64,000 nt of DNA from Candidatus Aceula meridiana (GCA_030765185.1 JAVCDE010000033.1:10957-74956); one strand, 5' to 3'. Shown: positions 37,800 to 48,533, counted from the first letter of the stretch. Translations and numbers: made by a program. Notes: generated by a model not told the origin, from the sequence alone.

Positions 37800-38908
37800 T
37801 ACACCGGCATCCAATCTTTTAAGACAGGCTGATATCCTTTTGACAAAAGCCATTGTTTAATTTCAACAACATTGCGCGTATCATTAATTTCAAACTGCGG
37901 CAAATGGCTATCCTTCTCTTGCGCCGTATGGCCTCCAACCTCAGTCGTAGAGCCAGCTGACATGCGCGTAACACCTAATCCTAACAAATTTTCTCGAAGC
38001 TGCGCGCTCTCTCGTGTCGACAAAGCAATACCCAATCGCGGCAAGAAAATGCGCAAAGCCAAAATAATTTGAACAATGTGGCTGTCTTTGACTATACACG
38101 CTGGCTGAAAATCCGAACCCATAGGCCGAAGCCGTGGCAGCGAAATACCGATATCCGCATCAAAGAATTTATCCTGTAAATACCGCGCGTGCAAACCCAG
38201 CAAAAAAACTTCTTTGCGCCATGGCTCAAGTCCTAGCAAAACTCCAATATTAACCGAACGCATCTTTTGTCTTGCGGCGCGTTCGGGTGCATCCAAGCGA
38301 AACTCATAATCTGTTTTAGGACCCTTAAGATGGACTTGCTCGTACGCTGCGCGATCATAAACTTCCTGATAAAGCGTTAAGCCATCAACGCCCTCATCAA
38401 TAAGCTCCTTATATTCTTCTTCCCTTAAAGCATAAATTTCGATAGATATCGACGAAAAATATTCCCGTAGAACTTTTAGACAATCCTTGATATAGCTTAA
38501 AGGGCTGTGCGCCCTTGAGCCTCCGGTTAAAATAAGAATATGACGTAAGCCTTGGGACGCGATAAACGCGGCTTCTTTGCGCAACTCATCTAAGCTTAAT
38601 TTTTTTCGAGCAATTTTATTGTTGCAATTAAAACCACAATAAACACATTCATTTTCACAATAATTCGAAAGGTATAGAGGCGTGTAAAGCTGAATGGTTT
38701 TGCCGAAATGCTGAAGAGTTGTTTGATGCGCACGCTGTGCCATATTCTCTAGAAATCCTTCAGCCTTTGGCGAAAGCAGCGATAAAAATTGGCTGGAAGA
38801 TAACCTTCTTGCCTGCAGAGCTCTTTTAATATCATCATTCGTTAGGCGACTTAAAAAAGCTTCACTGTCAAAATTTTGGTACTTTTGATATGTTTGATAA
38901 AAACTCAT
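37799..38908 (-). CDS. thiH: 2-iminoacetate synthase
   Basis: YTPLYLSNYCENECVYCGF, YQEVY, LSTRE and SAGSTTEVGG. Confidence 0.96.
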   Translation of the reverse strand: MSFYQTYQKYQNFDSEAFLSRLTNDDIKRALQARRLSSSQFLSLLSPKAEGFLENMAQRAHQTTLQHFGKTIQLYTPLYLSNYCENECVYCGFNCNNKIARKKLSLDELRKEAAFIASQGLRHILILTGGSRAHSPLSYIKDCLKVLREYFSSISIEIYALREEEYKELIDEGVDGLTLYQEVYDRAAYEQVHLKGPKTDYEFRLDAPERAARQKMRSVNIGVLLGLEPWRKEVFLLGLHARYLQDKFFDADIGISLPRLRPMGSDFQPACIVKDSHIVQIILALRIFLPRLGIALSTRESAQLRENLLGLGVTRMSAGSTTEVGGHTAQEKDSHLPQFEINDTRNVVEIKQWLLSKGYQPVLKDWMPV

Positions 38909-38922
38909 AATTTTTTCTCATA

Positions 38923-39070
38923 GCCTTTTGGTGAGATTTTGAGACGAATTGGACACTTGCGTCCCTGAGCCAAAAGACCTCGCTAAAAGGTTTCGTTCTT
39001 GATAGGGCTTTTGGTAAAAACTTGAGGCAAATTGGGCCTGCCCTTGAGACGAAAGTTTTGCCAAAAACCC
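38923..39070 (+). repeat. Two tandem REP-like hairpins with conserved GA-mismatch core
   Basis: gagacgaattggac..gtccctgagccaaaag and gaggcaaattgggc..gcccttgagacgaaag, each inside its own outer stem. A third copy lies at 44691-44755. Confidence 0.8.
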
Positions 39071-39078
39071 CTGCTATT

Positions 39079-39858
39079 TTATTTCTTTTCGTCTCGCAAA
39101 AAACCAGTTAAGGGCGATGACGCGTTCGCTTTATCTGATACTGGACCTAATCCTGCTCGATAAGCCAATCGGCCGGCTTCTACTGCTTTACGAAAAGCTT
39201 TTGCCATGGAAACAGGATCTTGAGCAATTGCGATGGCCGTATTAACTAAGACAGCTGCGCACCCCATCTCCATACATTGAGCGGCCTGTGAAGGGCTTCC
39301 GATGCCGGCATCGACAATAACCGGAACCTTAATTTCGTCGACCATAATACGAACGAGTTCTTTTGTCTTTACCCCTCGATTGCTTCCAATCGGCGAGCCT
39401 AAAGGCATCACAGCGGCTGCCCCGGCATCAACAAGGCGTTTAGCAACCATTAAGTCAGGATTCATATACGGTAAAACAATAAAATCTTCTTTGGCTAAAA
39501 TTTCAGTGGCCTTAAGCGTTTCAATGTTATCCGGCAATAAATATTTATTATCCGCAATCACTTCGATCTTAATCCAATTACCGCATCCGGCAGCTTTTGC
39601 CAGGCGCGCAATGCGCACCGCCTCTGCCGCGTCGCGTGCCCCAGATGTGTTGGGCATCAAAATACAACTCTTTGGAATATAATCAAGAATATTTTCATCA
39701 GCTGATTCTTTATCAACCCGGCGAAGTGCCACTGTTACAATAGCGGCCCCAACAACTTCTAGCACTTCTTTAATAACGCCTTTCTGCGGAAATTTTCCCG
39801 TGCCGATAAGCAAGCGGCTTTCAATTTTTTGACCTGCAATCTCTAAAAAATCACTCAT
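39079..39858 (-). CDS. thiG: Thiazole synthase
   Basis: [41 protein letters not shown] and ASSP. Confidence 0.98.
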   Translation of the reverse strand: MSDFLEIAGQKIESRLLIGTGKFPQKGVIKEVLEVVGAAIVTVALRRVDKESADENILDYIPKSCILMPNTSGARDAAEAVRIARLAKAAGCGNWIKIEVIADNKYLLPDNIETLKATEILAKEDFIVLPYMNPDLMVAKRLVDAGAAAVMPLGSPIGSNRGVKTKELVRIMVDEIKVPVIVDAGIGSPSQAAQCMEMGCAAVLVNTAIAIAQDPVSMAKAFRKAVEAGRLAYRAGLGPVSDKANASSPLTGFLRDEKK

Positions 39859-39860
39859 TA

Positions 39861-40061
39861 CTATCCTCCCCCGACAAAACTAATAATTTCAATAGAATCT
39901 TTTTCACTTACAAGAGTTGCGCCCCACTTTTCCTTTGAAACAATAGTTGCGTTATGTTCAATAACAATTTTATTACTCTCAAGCCCTCTTTGATTAACAA
40001 GCTCTAAAAGATTGGTTTGTTGTTCTATCTCTTCACTCTTTCCGTTAATTTTTATTTCCAT
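39861..40061 (-). CDS. thiS: Sulfur carrier protein ThiS
   Basis: 66 aa, ING start, ends FVGGG. Confidence 0.97.
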   Translation of the reverse strand: MEIKINGKSEEIEQQTNLLELVNQRGLESNKIVIEHNATIVSKEKWGATLVSEKDSIEIISFVGGG

Positions 40062-40065
40062 AAAA

Positions 40066-40704
40066 TTATTCCCCGTATTGACTAATTCTTTCCTTTAATA
40101 ATTTGGTGCTTGCGCAAATGTCTTCCGCCTGAACAATCGCGCGGATTACCGCAATATTCTTTGCCCCTTGATTTAAAAGACTTTCCACATTACCTAAATC
40201 TATTCCTCCAATAAAAATAACCGGCTTTTGGGCCGCGTCGACAACAGCAGGCACCTCGCTATCACCGAGATGATAATCCTTTGTCTTTGTTACAAAAATC
40301 GGGCCGAAGGCAACATAATCACAATCGCTTTCTTGCGCCTCGTCAAATTGTTCAAAAGAATGCGTCGAGATGCCGATAATTTTTTCCTCTCCTAAAACAG
40401 CACGAGCTTCTTCAAGCGAACATTCCTTGAGGTCTTCCTGACCTAAATGCACGCCATCAGCATCAACGTCTTGAGCTAAATAAGGATCGTCATTAACAAT
40501 AAAAATAACTCCAGACTCTTTACAAAGCGCTGAAAGTTTTCCTCCTAAATCCAAAAGTTCTTCGTAGGACTTGCCCTTCTCGCGCATCTGCACAATATCA
40601 ACGCCGCCAGCAATCGCCTGACGCACGACATCAATCGTAGAACAAGAAAGATTGTATTCTTCGCCGGTAACAAGATAAAGACTATGGTCTTGAATAAATT
40701 TCAT
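40066..40704 (-). CDS. thiE: Thiamine-phosphate synthase
   Basis: QMREK, IVNDD, DGVHLGQED, GISTH, GPIFVTKTK and IGGI. Confidence 0.97.
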   Translation of the reverse strand: MKFIQDHSLYLVTGEEYNLSCSTIDVVRQAIAGGVDIVQMREKGKSYEELLDLGGKLSALCKESGVIFIVNDDPYLAQDVDADGVHLGQEDLKECSLEEARAVLGEEKIIGISTHSFEQFDEAQESDCDYVAFGPIFVTKTKDYHLGDSEVPAVVDAAQKPVIFIGGIDLGNVESLLNQGAKNIAVIRAIVQAEDICASTKLLKERISQYGE

Positions 40705-40717
40705 ATTTTTTCATAAA

Positions 40718-40749
40718 TTAAAAATGGCCGCTCCAGCTTTGGAGTGGCC
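40718..40749 (-). terminator. Intrinsic terminator (riboswitch expression platform)
   Basis: GGCCACTCCA-AAGC-TGGAGCGGCC-ATTTTT between the aptamer and thiE. Confidence 0.8.
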
Positions 40750-40764
40750 CTTATAATTCCGCTT

Positions 40765-40857
40765 GGATACTCCCTCCGCTGGCATTATCCAGATCAGGTC
40801 ACGGGTCTTCTGCCAACAGCAGTGTTCTCAGGAGCGTTACGCGCCCTCCCCGGTTTT
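40765..40857 (-). ncRNA. TPP riboswitch
   Basis: GGGG...CTGAGA...ACCCGTGACCTGATCTGGATAATGCCAGCGGAGGGA upstream of the thi operon. Confidence 0.96.
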
Positions 40858-40956
40858 ATAATGATATCCCTAAGCCCTTCAGGCTTCGGGATGACCAGTC
40901 GGAAAATGTAAAGAAATTATCCGACTGGTCAATTTAACCACACATTCTGTTTTCTG

Positions 40957-42486
40957 TCAATGAGAGATCTTACGATGCAAACGTGTTAAAAAAAGAAAAA
41001 TAGCGCAAACAATCAAATAATAAGCCCATATAAAATAAGCAGGAATTTGCGGTAAAGCAAACGATGCTCCTGGAACCTTGCTAAACAAATAAACTACAGC
41101 TGTCATCATATTTAATGAAACCTCTAAGCAAACCGCAAAAGCAAAAGCCACAAAGGGTAAAAAAGCTCCGGCAAAAAGCAAGCCTAACCCTAGAGCCACA
41201 ACAACTGAAATACACGGAATCACAAAAAGATTTGCAAAAATTGTGACCGGAGAAATTGTCTGAAAATAATACGCAATTAAGCCTGCAACGCCGAGCCAGG
41301 CCGCCAAGGAAACGCTTAAGGCCTGTAAAATTCTTTTTGAAAATCTTGGCAGATCTTTCTTTTGAATCACCATGTTTTTGATGGGCGGATAAAACAAAAT
41401 AATAAAAAACACGCTAACAAATGAAAGTTGAAATCCAACGTCAAAGAGCGTCAAAGGGTTAAAAAATAAAATTAAAAGTGCTGCTAAGCAAAGCGAATTA
41501 ATCAGGTCGGTTTCCTTCTCGATCAAAAGACTCGATAAAAATACTGTTGCCATGACCGTTGATCGCACCACCGATGGCCGTGCTCCTGTTAAAAACGCAT
41601 AAAAGATTAAAATTAAAATCGTTAAGAATACTCTCGATTTTTGGCCTATCGGCAGCAGCTTTAAAAACAAAAAGATTAAGAATGCCACGATGCCGACGTG
41701 CAGCCCGCTAATCGCCAAAATATGCGCTGTTCCCGTTACTACAAAAAGCTCTCGGATATGTTTAGGAATTTGATAGCGGTCGCCTAAAATAATTGCCTGC
41801 ATCAAGGCAGATTCATTAGGCGTCAAATTCTCGTCAAAGATATTTTTCGCCCGATTTTTAAGATGAATGGCAAATGCTTTTAAAGGATTGCCTTTATTTT
41901 GCTCAAGAATTTCTAGAAGTCCTTGCTTTTTAACACTTAAAATATTACGAATACCTTTTCGTTCTAAATAATCTCGATAAGAAAACCGATTATCAGTCTT
42001 AAAATTAAACGCTTTATAAAGCTTCCCCTCAAGACGAAGAACATCGCCGTAAGCAATGTCTCTCTCACCAAAGACGTGGACAAGAATCCTTCCCTTCTTG
42101 TTCCGCCACCCCCACTTAGTTTTTAAACGATTAACCTCAAAGACAAAACTCATCTTTTTTGTTTTGTAAAAAAGCCTCTCTTCAATATCTGAAACAACAA
42201 CACCTTCAATCGCAGCCGTCTTCCCCTTGTAGAATCTTGCAACCTTTGAAATATCCTGCTTGGACAATATCTGAACATTCTTTAAAAGCAGCGCTCCCAA
42301 AAATAAAAACGCAAATAAAATAAAAATTGTTGAAACACCTCTCCTCTTAAAGAAAATAAGGCTCGCCAGTAGAATCACTCCTGCTGCAGAGGCAATCACG
42401 GCAAAAGATACTTGAAAATAAGATTGAAGAATAATTCCTAAAATAAAAAAAGCTACAATGCTAATAAGGGGCCTGCGGGATTTCAT
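40957..42486 (-). CDS. comEC: ComEC/Rec2 competence channel (DUF4131 + competence domain, no MBL domain)
   Basis: GTAHILAISGLHVG, GARPSVVRS and DVGFQLSF. Confidence 0.94.
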   Translation of the reverse strand: MKSRRPLISIVAFFILGIILQSYFQVSFAVIASAAGVILLASLIFFKRRGVSTIFILFAFLFLGALLLKNVQILSKQDISKVARFYKGKTAAIEGVVVSDIEERLFYKTKKMSFVFEVNRLKTKWGWRNKKGRILVHVFGERDIAYGDVLRLEGKLYKAFNFKTDNRFSYRDYLERKGIRNILSVKKQGLLEILEQNKGNPLKAFAIHLKNRAKNIFDENLTPNESALMQAIILGDRYQIPKHIRELFVVTGTAHILAISGLHVGIVAFLIFLFLKLLPIGQKSRVFLTILILIFYAFLTGARPSVVRSTVMATVFLSSLLIEKETDLINSLCLAALLILFFNPLTLFDVGFQLSFVSVFFIILFYPPIKNMVIQKKDLPRFSKRILQALSVSLAAWLGVAGLIAYYFQTISPVTIFANLFVIPCISVVVALGLGLLFAGAFLPFVAFAFAVCLEVSLNMMTAVVYLFSKVPGASFALPQIPAYFIWAYYLIVCAIFLFLTRLHRKISH

Positions 42487-42827
42487 GGAGAGATCTTTAA
42501 ATATTTAACAATTGTTTTATAGGTGGCAGAGCCGATACCCTCGACATCCTGAAGCTCTTGAAGGCTTTTAAATCCTTCCTTCTCGTTGCGATAAAAAATA
42601 ATTCTTTGAGCTGTTACCGGCCCAATGCGAGGAATTTTGACAAGGTCTTCTTGGCTTGCCTGGTTAATATCAATCTTACGATATATATGATCACTCTCTA
42701 AAACATTAACCATGTTCTTAATCTGAGGATTTGTTTTAAAAAGATAGTTTAAACAAGCACCTACGACAATAATCGCCGCCAAGCTAATGAGAACCGTGCG
42801 CTCTTCTTTGGTAAAATGAAACATCAT
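42483..42827 (-). CDS. comEA: ComEA-family HhH DNA-binding protein
   Basis: TM followed by IDINQAS..L..IPRIGP..AQRII.YR and VEGIG. Start moved to ATG 42827. Confidence 0.9.
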   Translation of the reverse strand: MMFHFTKEERTVLISLAAIIVVGACLNYLFKTNPQIKNMVNVLESDHIYRKIDINQASQEDLVKIPRIGPVTAQRIIFYRNEKEGFKSLQELQDVEGIGSATYKTIVKYLKISP

Positions 42828-42832
42828 GCAAC

Positions 42833-42960
42833 AAGCTCCAATAACCAAGATACAAAACCCAAACAAATTCCAATAATCAGAAATCAATATTTTAAACGGA
42901 CAAAATTTATTGAATCTTGGTTGTTGATTATTTCTTGATTATTGTTTTTTGGTGTTTAGT
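42833..42960. repeat. Long imperfect inverted repeat of about 7-nt degenerate units
   Basis: caagctccaataaccaagatacaaaacccaaacaaattccaataatcagaaatcaat ... attgaatcttggttgttgattatttcttgattattgttttttggtgttt. Confidence 0.7.
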
Positions 42961-42968
42961 TATTTACG

Positions 42969-44651
42969 TTATATTTTCCCAAACAAATTTAACTGCGTAT
43001 CTTCTTTTTTCTTGCGCGGTAAATCCGCGCCTTCCTCATAACGTTTTAAAGTCTCTTCAATATCCGATAAAAACCTCGAAGGCTTAGGCACATAGACCCT
43101 TCCAAAAGCCATGCGTTTTTGCGTATTTAAAAGATAAAGCCTTTGCTTGGCCCGTGTCATCCCTACGTAAAAAAGCCTTCTTTCTTCTTCGACATCAATG
43201 CAATCCCCTTTTCCTTTAAACGGAATAAGGCCTTCCTCGCATCCAATAATAAAAACAACGGGAAACTCCAGGCCCTTGGCGCAGTGAAGCGTCATTAAAG
43301 ATACTTTTTCAACATTTTGATCGAGTGTGTCATTTTCGCGTTCTAAAAATAAATTATCAAAAAATTCCTGGCGGCTTTTCGCTTTTTGCACAAGCTCCAC
43401 CATTTTTAAAAAACAGTCTCTTCCTGTTTCTTGGTGCCGGGCTTTAAGGTCGCTGACAATCAGCGTTACAGGTTTCCGCGTGTCTTTTCGAATGTCTTCA
43501 AGGAAATCGGCAACTTCTTTTTCTTCATAAAAAAGTTTATCTCCCGAGGCCTGATGCGGAATTCCACTACGTTCAAAAGCTTCCTGCAAAACTTTTTGCT
43601 GTGCATTCGTCCGGTACAAGACCGCGATATCTCCAAAAGTAAAATCTCCGTGGTCGTCAACCGCAACACGCTTGGAGTCCTGGGAAAACATGCTCGTTCC
43701 CCCAACTAATTTCTCAATCTGGTGAACAACATATTCCGACTCTGCCTTTTCACTTGGCACGCAATGGACAATGAGATCTCCGTGGCCTGAAAACTTAGCC
43801 TCAAGGGCCGGAACGCCTAATATGCGGCCTTTTTTCGAAATTTGGCCCGAGGCTTTTAGAAGGTGACTGGCCGAGCGATAATTTTCACTCAGCTCTATCT
43901 TTTCCGAGCCCGGGAAATCCGCGGCAAACCCTTCAAAAAACTTTACATTGCTCCCGCGGAATCCATAAATAGACTGCTGGGGGTCGCCAATGGCAGTGAC
44001 TCCGGTTTGTTTAGCGGCAAGGAGTAAAAGAAGCTTGTGCTGGGCCTCATTAATATCCTGGTATTCATCGACAAAAATATCACTATAGGTTTCCTGCATT
44101 TTTTCTAAAAGGGTTTTATCAGCTTCTAAAAGAAAAACCGTTTCAAGCAAAATATCATCAAAATCTATTAATTTCTGTTTTCTTAGCTCTTCGTTATAGG
44201 AGGTGACTTCTGAATGCGTTTCCTTTAAAGCGCAAGATTTCGTTCGCCCAATATCCTCTAGTTTTTGTTTGCGTTCGCGCTCGGGTAAATGTGGCCAAAG
44301 AGATTTAGAAACTTCTTTAACTTGAACAGATGTTGCAATGCGGTAGTCTTTAAGGGAAGAATACCGCCTTAAAATTCCAAGACAAAATTTATGGAATGTC
44401 GCCACCTCAACATCTTCAACGGACTCGCTAATATATTTTGTAAGACGCTCGCGCATTTCTTGCGCGGCTTTGTTGGTAAATGTAATGGCCAAGACATAGG
44501 CTGTCCCTTTTTGTTCATGGGCAATGCGAGCAATTCGACGGGTCAGTGTATGGGTTTTTCCTGTGCCGGGTCCGGCAATAATCAAGAGATGGCGGGCTTG
44601 GGATTTAACAGCCTGCCATTGTTTTTCGTTAAGGTCAGAGGGTTTTTGCAT
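42969..44651 (-). CDS. UvrD/REP-family SF1 helicase (compact)
   Basis: AGPGTGKT, ITFTNKAA, VDEYQD, GDPQQSIYGFRG, NYRS, TLHCAKGLEF and EERRLFYVGMTRA. Confidence 0.94.
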   Translation of the reverse strand: MQKPSDLNEKQWQAVKSQARHLLIIAGPGTGKTHTLTRRIARIAHEQKGTAYVLAITFTNKAAQEMRERLTKYISESVEDVEVATFHKFCLGILRRYSSLKDYRIATSVQVKEVSKSLWPHLPERERKQKLEDIGRTKSCALKETHSEVTSYNEELRKQKLIDFDDILLETVFLLEADKTLLEKMQETYSDIFVDEYQDINEAQHKLLLLLAAKQTGVTAIGDPQQSIYGFRGSNVKFFEGFAADFPGSEKIELSENYRSASHLLKASGQISKKGRILGVPALEAKFSGHGDLIVHCVPSEKAESEYVVHQIEKLVGGTSMFSQDSKRVAVDDHGDFTFGDIAVLYRTNAQQKVLQEAFERSGIPHQASGDKLFYEEKEVADFLEDIRKDTRKPVTLIVSDLKARHQETGRDCFLKMVELVQKAKSRQEFFDNLFLERENDTLDQNVEKVSLMTLHCAKGLEFPVVFIIGCEEGLIPFKGKGDCIDVEEERRLFYVGMTRAKQRLYLLNTQKRMAFGRVYVPKPSRFLSDIEETLKRYEEGADLPRKKKEDTQLNLFGKI

Positions 44652-44690
44652 TTTAAAAGCTATAAGGCTTTAACTCTTAATTCTTGATTA

Positions 44691-44755
44691 ATTAATATTA
44701 AGATTCTTAAGGCGAATTGGGCTTAGCCCTTGAGCCGAAGGGTCTTAATATTAAT
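44691..44755 (+). repeat. Third copy of the GA-core REP-like hairpin
   Basis: attaatattaagattc-ttaaggcgaattgggc-tta-gcccttgagccgaa-gggtcttaatattaat. Confidence 0.8.
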
Positions 44756-44766
44756 TTTGATACTTA

Positions 44767-46056
44767 TTAAAACAATGTCATTTGTTTAGTAAGCGATTCC
44801 CTTTCGCTCTTTGTAAAAAGCTTTACTTTTCCATATTCGCCGTCGTAACCTGGGGCGATTTGCAGCTTTCCTTCACGCATACGCTTTATACCTTCGGCTA
44901 CCACATCACCGGCAATGGCTTTAATATCTTCAATTGGTGCGTCACGCAAGATATGAAGCTCGTTTCCTAACTTTTGCAAAAGATGATAAAAAACTTCCTG
45001 CACAGCTTTTGAGGCCGGGCCAAAACCTTTAGCCTCAGAAACAACCTCAGCTAAAGGCACAAGGCTGTAAAAAGGCCGCGCGCGCTTACCCTTTTCACCT
45101 TCTTTGCGGTCAGCCAATTCTTCAACACGTGACATGACACCAACAGTCACAGGCTTTCCGCAAGCTGGGCAAAGACCTTTATTTTTAATTGTCTCCTTAG
45201 GCGTTAGCCTTACTTTGCAATCGCGATGGCCATCGTAATGATACTTTCCTTCTTCTGGAAAAAATTCAAGCGTGCCTGTGAGTCCTTTATCTTTTGGATC
45301 AGACAAAGCATTGTACATGCCATCATAAGAAAATTCTGTATCAAAAATATTTGCCTCACGTCCTAATTTTGATGCTGAATGCGCATCAGAATTTGAAATT
45401 AAAACGCAGCTGTCGAGCTGACTTAAACGCCAATTCATTAAAGGGTCAGATGATAACCCAGTTTCTAAGGCAAAAATGTGTTTAGTCAGATCACCGAAGC
45501 AATCTTCAATTCTGTCAAATCCACTCTTTGATCCTAAAAGCGCGAACCACGGCGTCCAAATATGCGCAGGAACTAAAAAAGATTTTGGATTAGATTCTAA
45601 AACGATTTCAAGCAAATTGCGTGAATCCAGCCCTAAAATCGGACGACCATCAGAATGAATGTTTCCAATTTTACCAAGCTTGGTTTGAATTTTTTCAGCA
45701 GTTTTGACGTCCGGTGCAAAAACAATATTATGAATTTTGCGCACCTTATCTAACTTTTTATAAATACTTGAGATCTCAACAGACAAAACAAAACGTACAT
45801 CTTGTCTGCATCCCTTAGGAATTTGCGCGTCAACAGCCTTGGCGTATTTGCTTTTAAGCTTATAAAACCCAGGCTCTGCGGCTTCTAACTTTTCTTTAAA
45901 TTCTTTAAGCCACGCCGGATGCACAAAGTCTCCGCTACCGATAACCTGAATGCCTTTTAATTGCGCCCAGAGATAAAGTGCTTCAAAATCTAATGCTTTG
46001 CTTGTCGCACGGGAATATTTGGAATGGATATGTAGGTCAGCGTAAAATTTTGCCAT
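44767..46056 (-). CDS. Endonuclease Q family (PHP domain + Zn ribbon)
   Basis: ADLHIHSKYS, GSGDFVHP, DGRP, PAHIWTP, ETGLSSD, SNSDAHS, GKYHYDGHRDC, CPACG and PGYDGEYG. Confidence 0.93.
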   Translation of the reverse strand: MAKFYADLHIHSKYSRATSKALDFEALYLWAQLKGIQVIGSGDFVHPAWLKEFKEKLEAAEPGFYKLKSKYAKAVDAQIPKGCRQDVRFVLSVEISSIYKKLDKVRKIHNIVFAPDVKTAEKIQTKLGKIGNIHSDGRPILGLDSRNLLEIVLESNPKSFLVPAHIWTPWFALLGSKSGFDRIEDCFGDLTKHIFALETGLSSDPLMNWRLSQLDSCVLISNSDAHSASKLGREANIFDTEFSYDGMYNALSDPKDKGLTGTLEFFPEEGKYHYDGHRDCKVRLTPKETIKNKGLCPACGKPVTVGVMSRVEELADRKEGEKGKRARPFYSLVPLAEVVSEAKGFGPASKAVQEVFYHLLQKLGNELHILRDAPIEDIKAIAGDVVAEGIKRMREGKLQIAPGYDGEYGKVKLFTKSERESLTKQMTLF

Positions 46057-48533
46057 TAAACAACAATGTTAACAATTTTATTGGGAATAATGATAAACCT
46101 TTTGATAGGTTTATCAGCAATGTACTCTTTGACTTTGTCATCCACCAAAATAACTTCTTTTAACTCTTCTTCGCTTAAGTCAACCGGCATTTGGAATTTG
46201 GCGCGCAGCTTGCCATTTATTTGGACCACAATCTGAACCTCATCTAAAACAAGCATGCTTTCATCACAGGCAGGCCAGGCGACATCGCTAATGGTTTTAT
46301 CTTTTTTTCCTAACATTTTCCAAAGCTCTTCGCAGAGATGCGGGGTCATTGGCGCTAACAACATAATCACAGTTTCAATAGTCTTGTTTATGGCCGTTTG
46401 GCTTACAGCCTTAGCGCCCTGTTTTCCCTTAAGATGCTTATCAACAGAGTTTAAAAGCACCATGATACTGCTAATAGCGGTATTAAATTTAAATCCTTTT
46501 TCGATATCATCGGTAAATTTCTTTATCGCAACATTCCGGTCATGCTCTAAATCTTTATCGCTTTCGGCTGGTGCGTCATCTTTAACGTCTTTTTGATATT
46601 TTGTTTCAGCTAAATTCCACACACGAGATAAAAATCGCCAAGAGCCTTCGATGGCGTTGTCGTTCCATTCCAGCTGATCTTCAGGTGGGGCAGCAAACAA
46701 AATAAAAAGCCTTAGCGCATCCGCGCCATATTTTCCAATCACAGCATCCGGGTCAACAGTGTTACCTTTTGACTTTGACATGACCTCGCCGTCTTTTAAA
46801 ACCATCCCTTGAGTCAAAAGACGCGTAAATGGTTCTTCGAATTTAACAAGCTTAAGATCATTTAAGAATTTTGTAAAAAATCGTGAATACAAAAGATGTA
46901 AAATCGCGTGCTCAATACCGCCAATATATTGGTCAACCGGCATCCAGGTGGCCGCGTCTTTTGTATCGAAAATTTCTTTATCATTATGCGCTGAAATATA
47001 ACGCAAATAATACCAGGATGAATCAAAGAATGTTGCCATAGTGTCGGTCTCTCGCTGCGCTGCCTTACCACACTTAGGGCATTTGACATTAACAAATTCT
47101 TTGCACTTAGCTAAAGGACTTCCTCCTTCACCTGTAATTTTGATATCTTCAGGCAATTCAACAGGCAGCTCTTTTTCAGGAACAGGGACAACGCCGCAGG
47201 CGTCACAATAAATTACAGGAATAGGTGTCCCCCAATAACGCTGACGGGAAATCAGCCAATCACGCAATCGCCAATGGATAACTTTTTTACCAATTTCTTC
47301 CGCCTCCATCCAATCCGCGATTTCTTCTAAAGACTCGACATTTCCAATCCCGTTAAATTGGGCTGAATTGATAAGCGCGCCTTCGTCTTCAAAGGCTTCT
47401 TTTAAATCGTCAGCGCTAATGTCAGGCCGCTTCGGATCCTTGATGACAATACGCATTGGCAATTTATGTTCTTTTGCAAATAAAAAGTCACGCTGATCAT
47501 GCGTCGGCACAGCCATAATCGCACCGGTCCCATATTCCATTAAAACATAATCCGCAATCCAGATTGGCATACGCTCATTGTTAACTGGATTAATCGCGTA
47601 AAGGCCGGTAAATATTCCTTCTTTCTTTAATCCTCCCGCAACACGGTCGGTCTTACTAACATGACTTATTTTCTCAACAAATTGCGCGACAGCTTTTTCT
47701 TCTTTTGTGCCAGCAACCAATTTTTCAACTAAGGGATGTTCCGGCGCTAAAACAACATACGTCGCGCCAAAAATTGTATCTTGTCGGGTTGTAAAAACAG
47801 GCAAAGCCTCTTTTGTCTTTTCAACCTTAAAATAAATCTCAACACCATAGCTTTTGCCAATCCAATTCTTCTGCATAGTTTTAACGCGCTCTGGCCAATG
47901 CTTTAAAGTTTCTAGATCTTCGAGGAGTCTTTCAGAATAGTCTGTAATTTTAAGATACCACTGATTAAGATCTTTTTGCTTAACTTCAGTTTTGCAGCGC
48001 CAGCATTCGCCCTGGATAACTTCTTCATTGGCAAGCGTGGTTTCACAACTTGGACACCAGTTGACTGCTGAGGCTTTTTTGTATGCCAAGCCCTTTTCGA
48101 TCATCTTTAAAAAGATCCACTGATTCCATTTATAGTATTCTTTGTCGCAGGTGGCGATTTCGCGATCCCAATCATATGAAAATCCCATCTTCTCAAACTC
48201 TTGGTGCATTTCGTCAATACAGCGGTGGGTCCACTTAGCGGGATCGGTTTTGTGTTTAATGGCGGCATTCTCGGCAGGTTGACCAAAAGCATCGTAACCA
48301 ATCGGATGCAAAACTTCAAAACCCTGCATTTTTTTGAAACGGGCAATCACATCAGCAATGGTATAGTTGCGCACATGACCCATGTGAATTTTTCCCGATG
48401 GATAGGGAAACATTTCCAAAACATAATATTTGGGCTTTTTTGTGCTGCTGTCAGCGGCAAAAGTTTTGCTTTTCCTCCAAAACTCCTGCCACTTGGCTTC
48501 AAGCTTTTTGATGGTATCAATTGTGTATGACAT
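46056..48533 (-). CDS. leuS: Leucine--tRNA ligase
   Basis: MFPYPSG.IHMGH, editing domain ([15 protein letters not shown]), GGIEHA and VMSKS. Confidence 0.98.
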   Translation of the reverse strand: MSYTIDTIKKLEAKWQEFWRKSKTFAADSSTKKPKYYVLEMFPYPSGKIHMGHVRNYTIADVIARFKKMQGFEVLHPIGYDAFGQPAENAAIKHKTDPAKWTHRCIDEMHQEFEKMGFSYDWDREIATCDKEYYKWNQWIFLKMIEKGLAYKKASAVNWCPSCETTLANEEVIQGECWRCKTEVKQKDLNQWYLKITDYSERLLEDLETLKHWPERVKTMQKNWIGKSYGVEIYFKVEKTKEALPVFTTRQDTIFGATYVVLAPEHPLVEKLVAGTKEEKAVAQFVEKISHVSKTDRVAGGLKKEGIFTGLYAINPVNNERMPIWIADYVLMEYGTGAIMAVPTHDQRDFLFAKEHKLPMRIVIKDPKRPDISADDLKEAFEDEGALINSAQFNGIGNVESLEEIADWMEAEEIGKKVIHWRLRDWLISRQRYWGTPIPVIYCDACGVVPVPEKELPVELPEDIKITGEGGSPLAKCKEFVNVKCPKCGKAAQRETDTMATFFDSSWYYLRYISAHNDKEIFDTKDAATWMPVDQYIGGIEHAILHLLYSRFFTKFLNDLKLVKFEEPFTRLLTQGMVLKDGEVMSKSKGNTVDPDAVIGKYGADALRLFILFAAPPEDQLEWNDNAIEGSWRFLSRVWNLAETKYQKDVKDDAPAESDKDLEHDRNVAIKKFTDDIEKGFKFNTAISSIMVLLNSVDKHLKGKQGAKAVSQTAINKTIETVIMLLAPMTPHLCEELWKMLGKKDKTISDVAWPACDESMLVLDEVQIVVQINGKLRAKFQMPVDLSEEELKEVILVDDKVKEYIADKPIKRFIIIPNKIVNIVV

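Noticed and set aside
38923-39070. Possible mini-CRISPR or integron attC array
   Set aside because: The repeats are not identical, have no regular unique spacers and lack RYYYAAC/GTTRRRY ends. No cas or intI genes are present.
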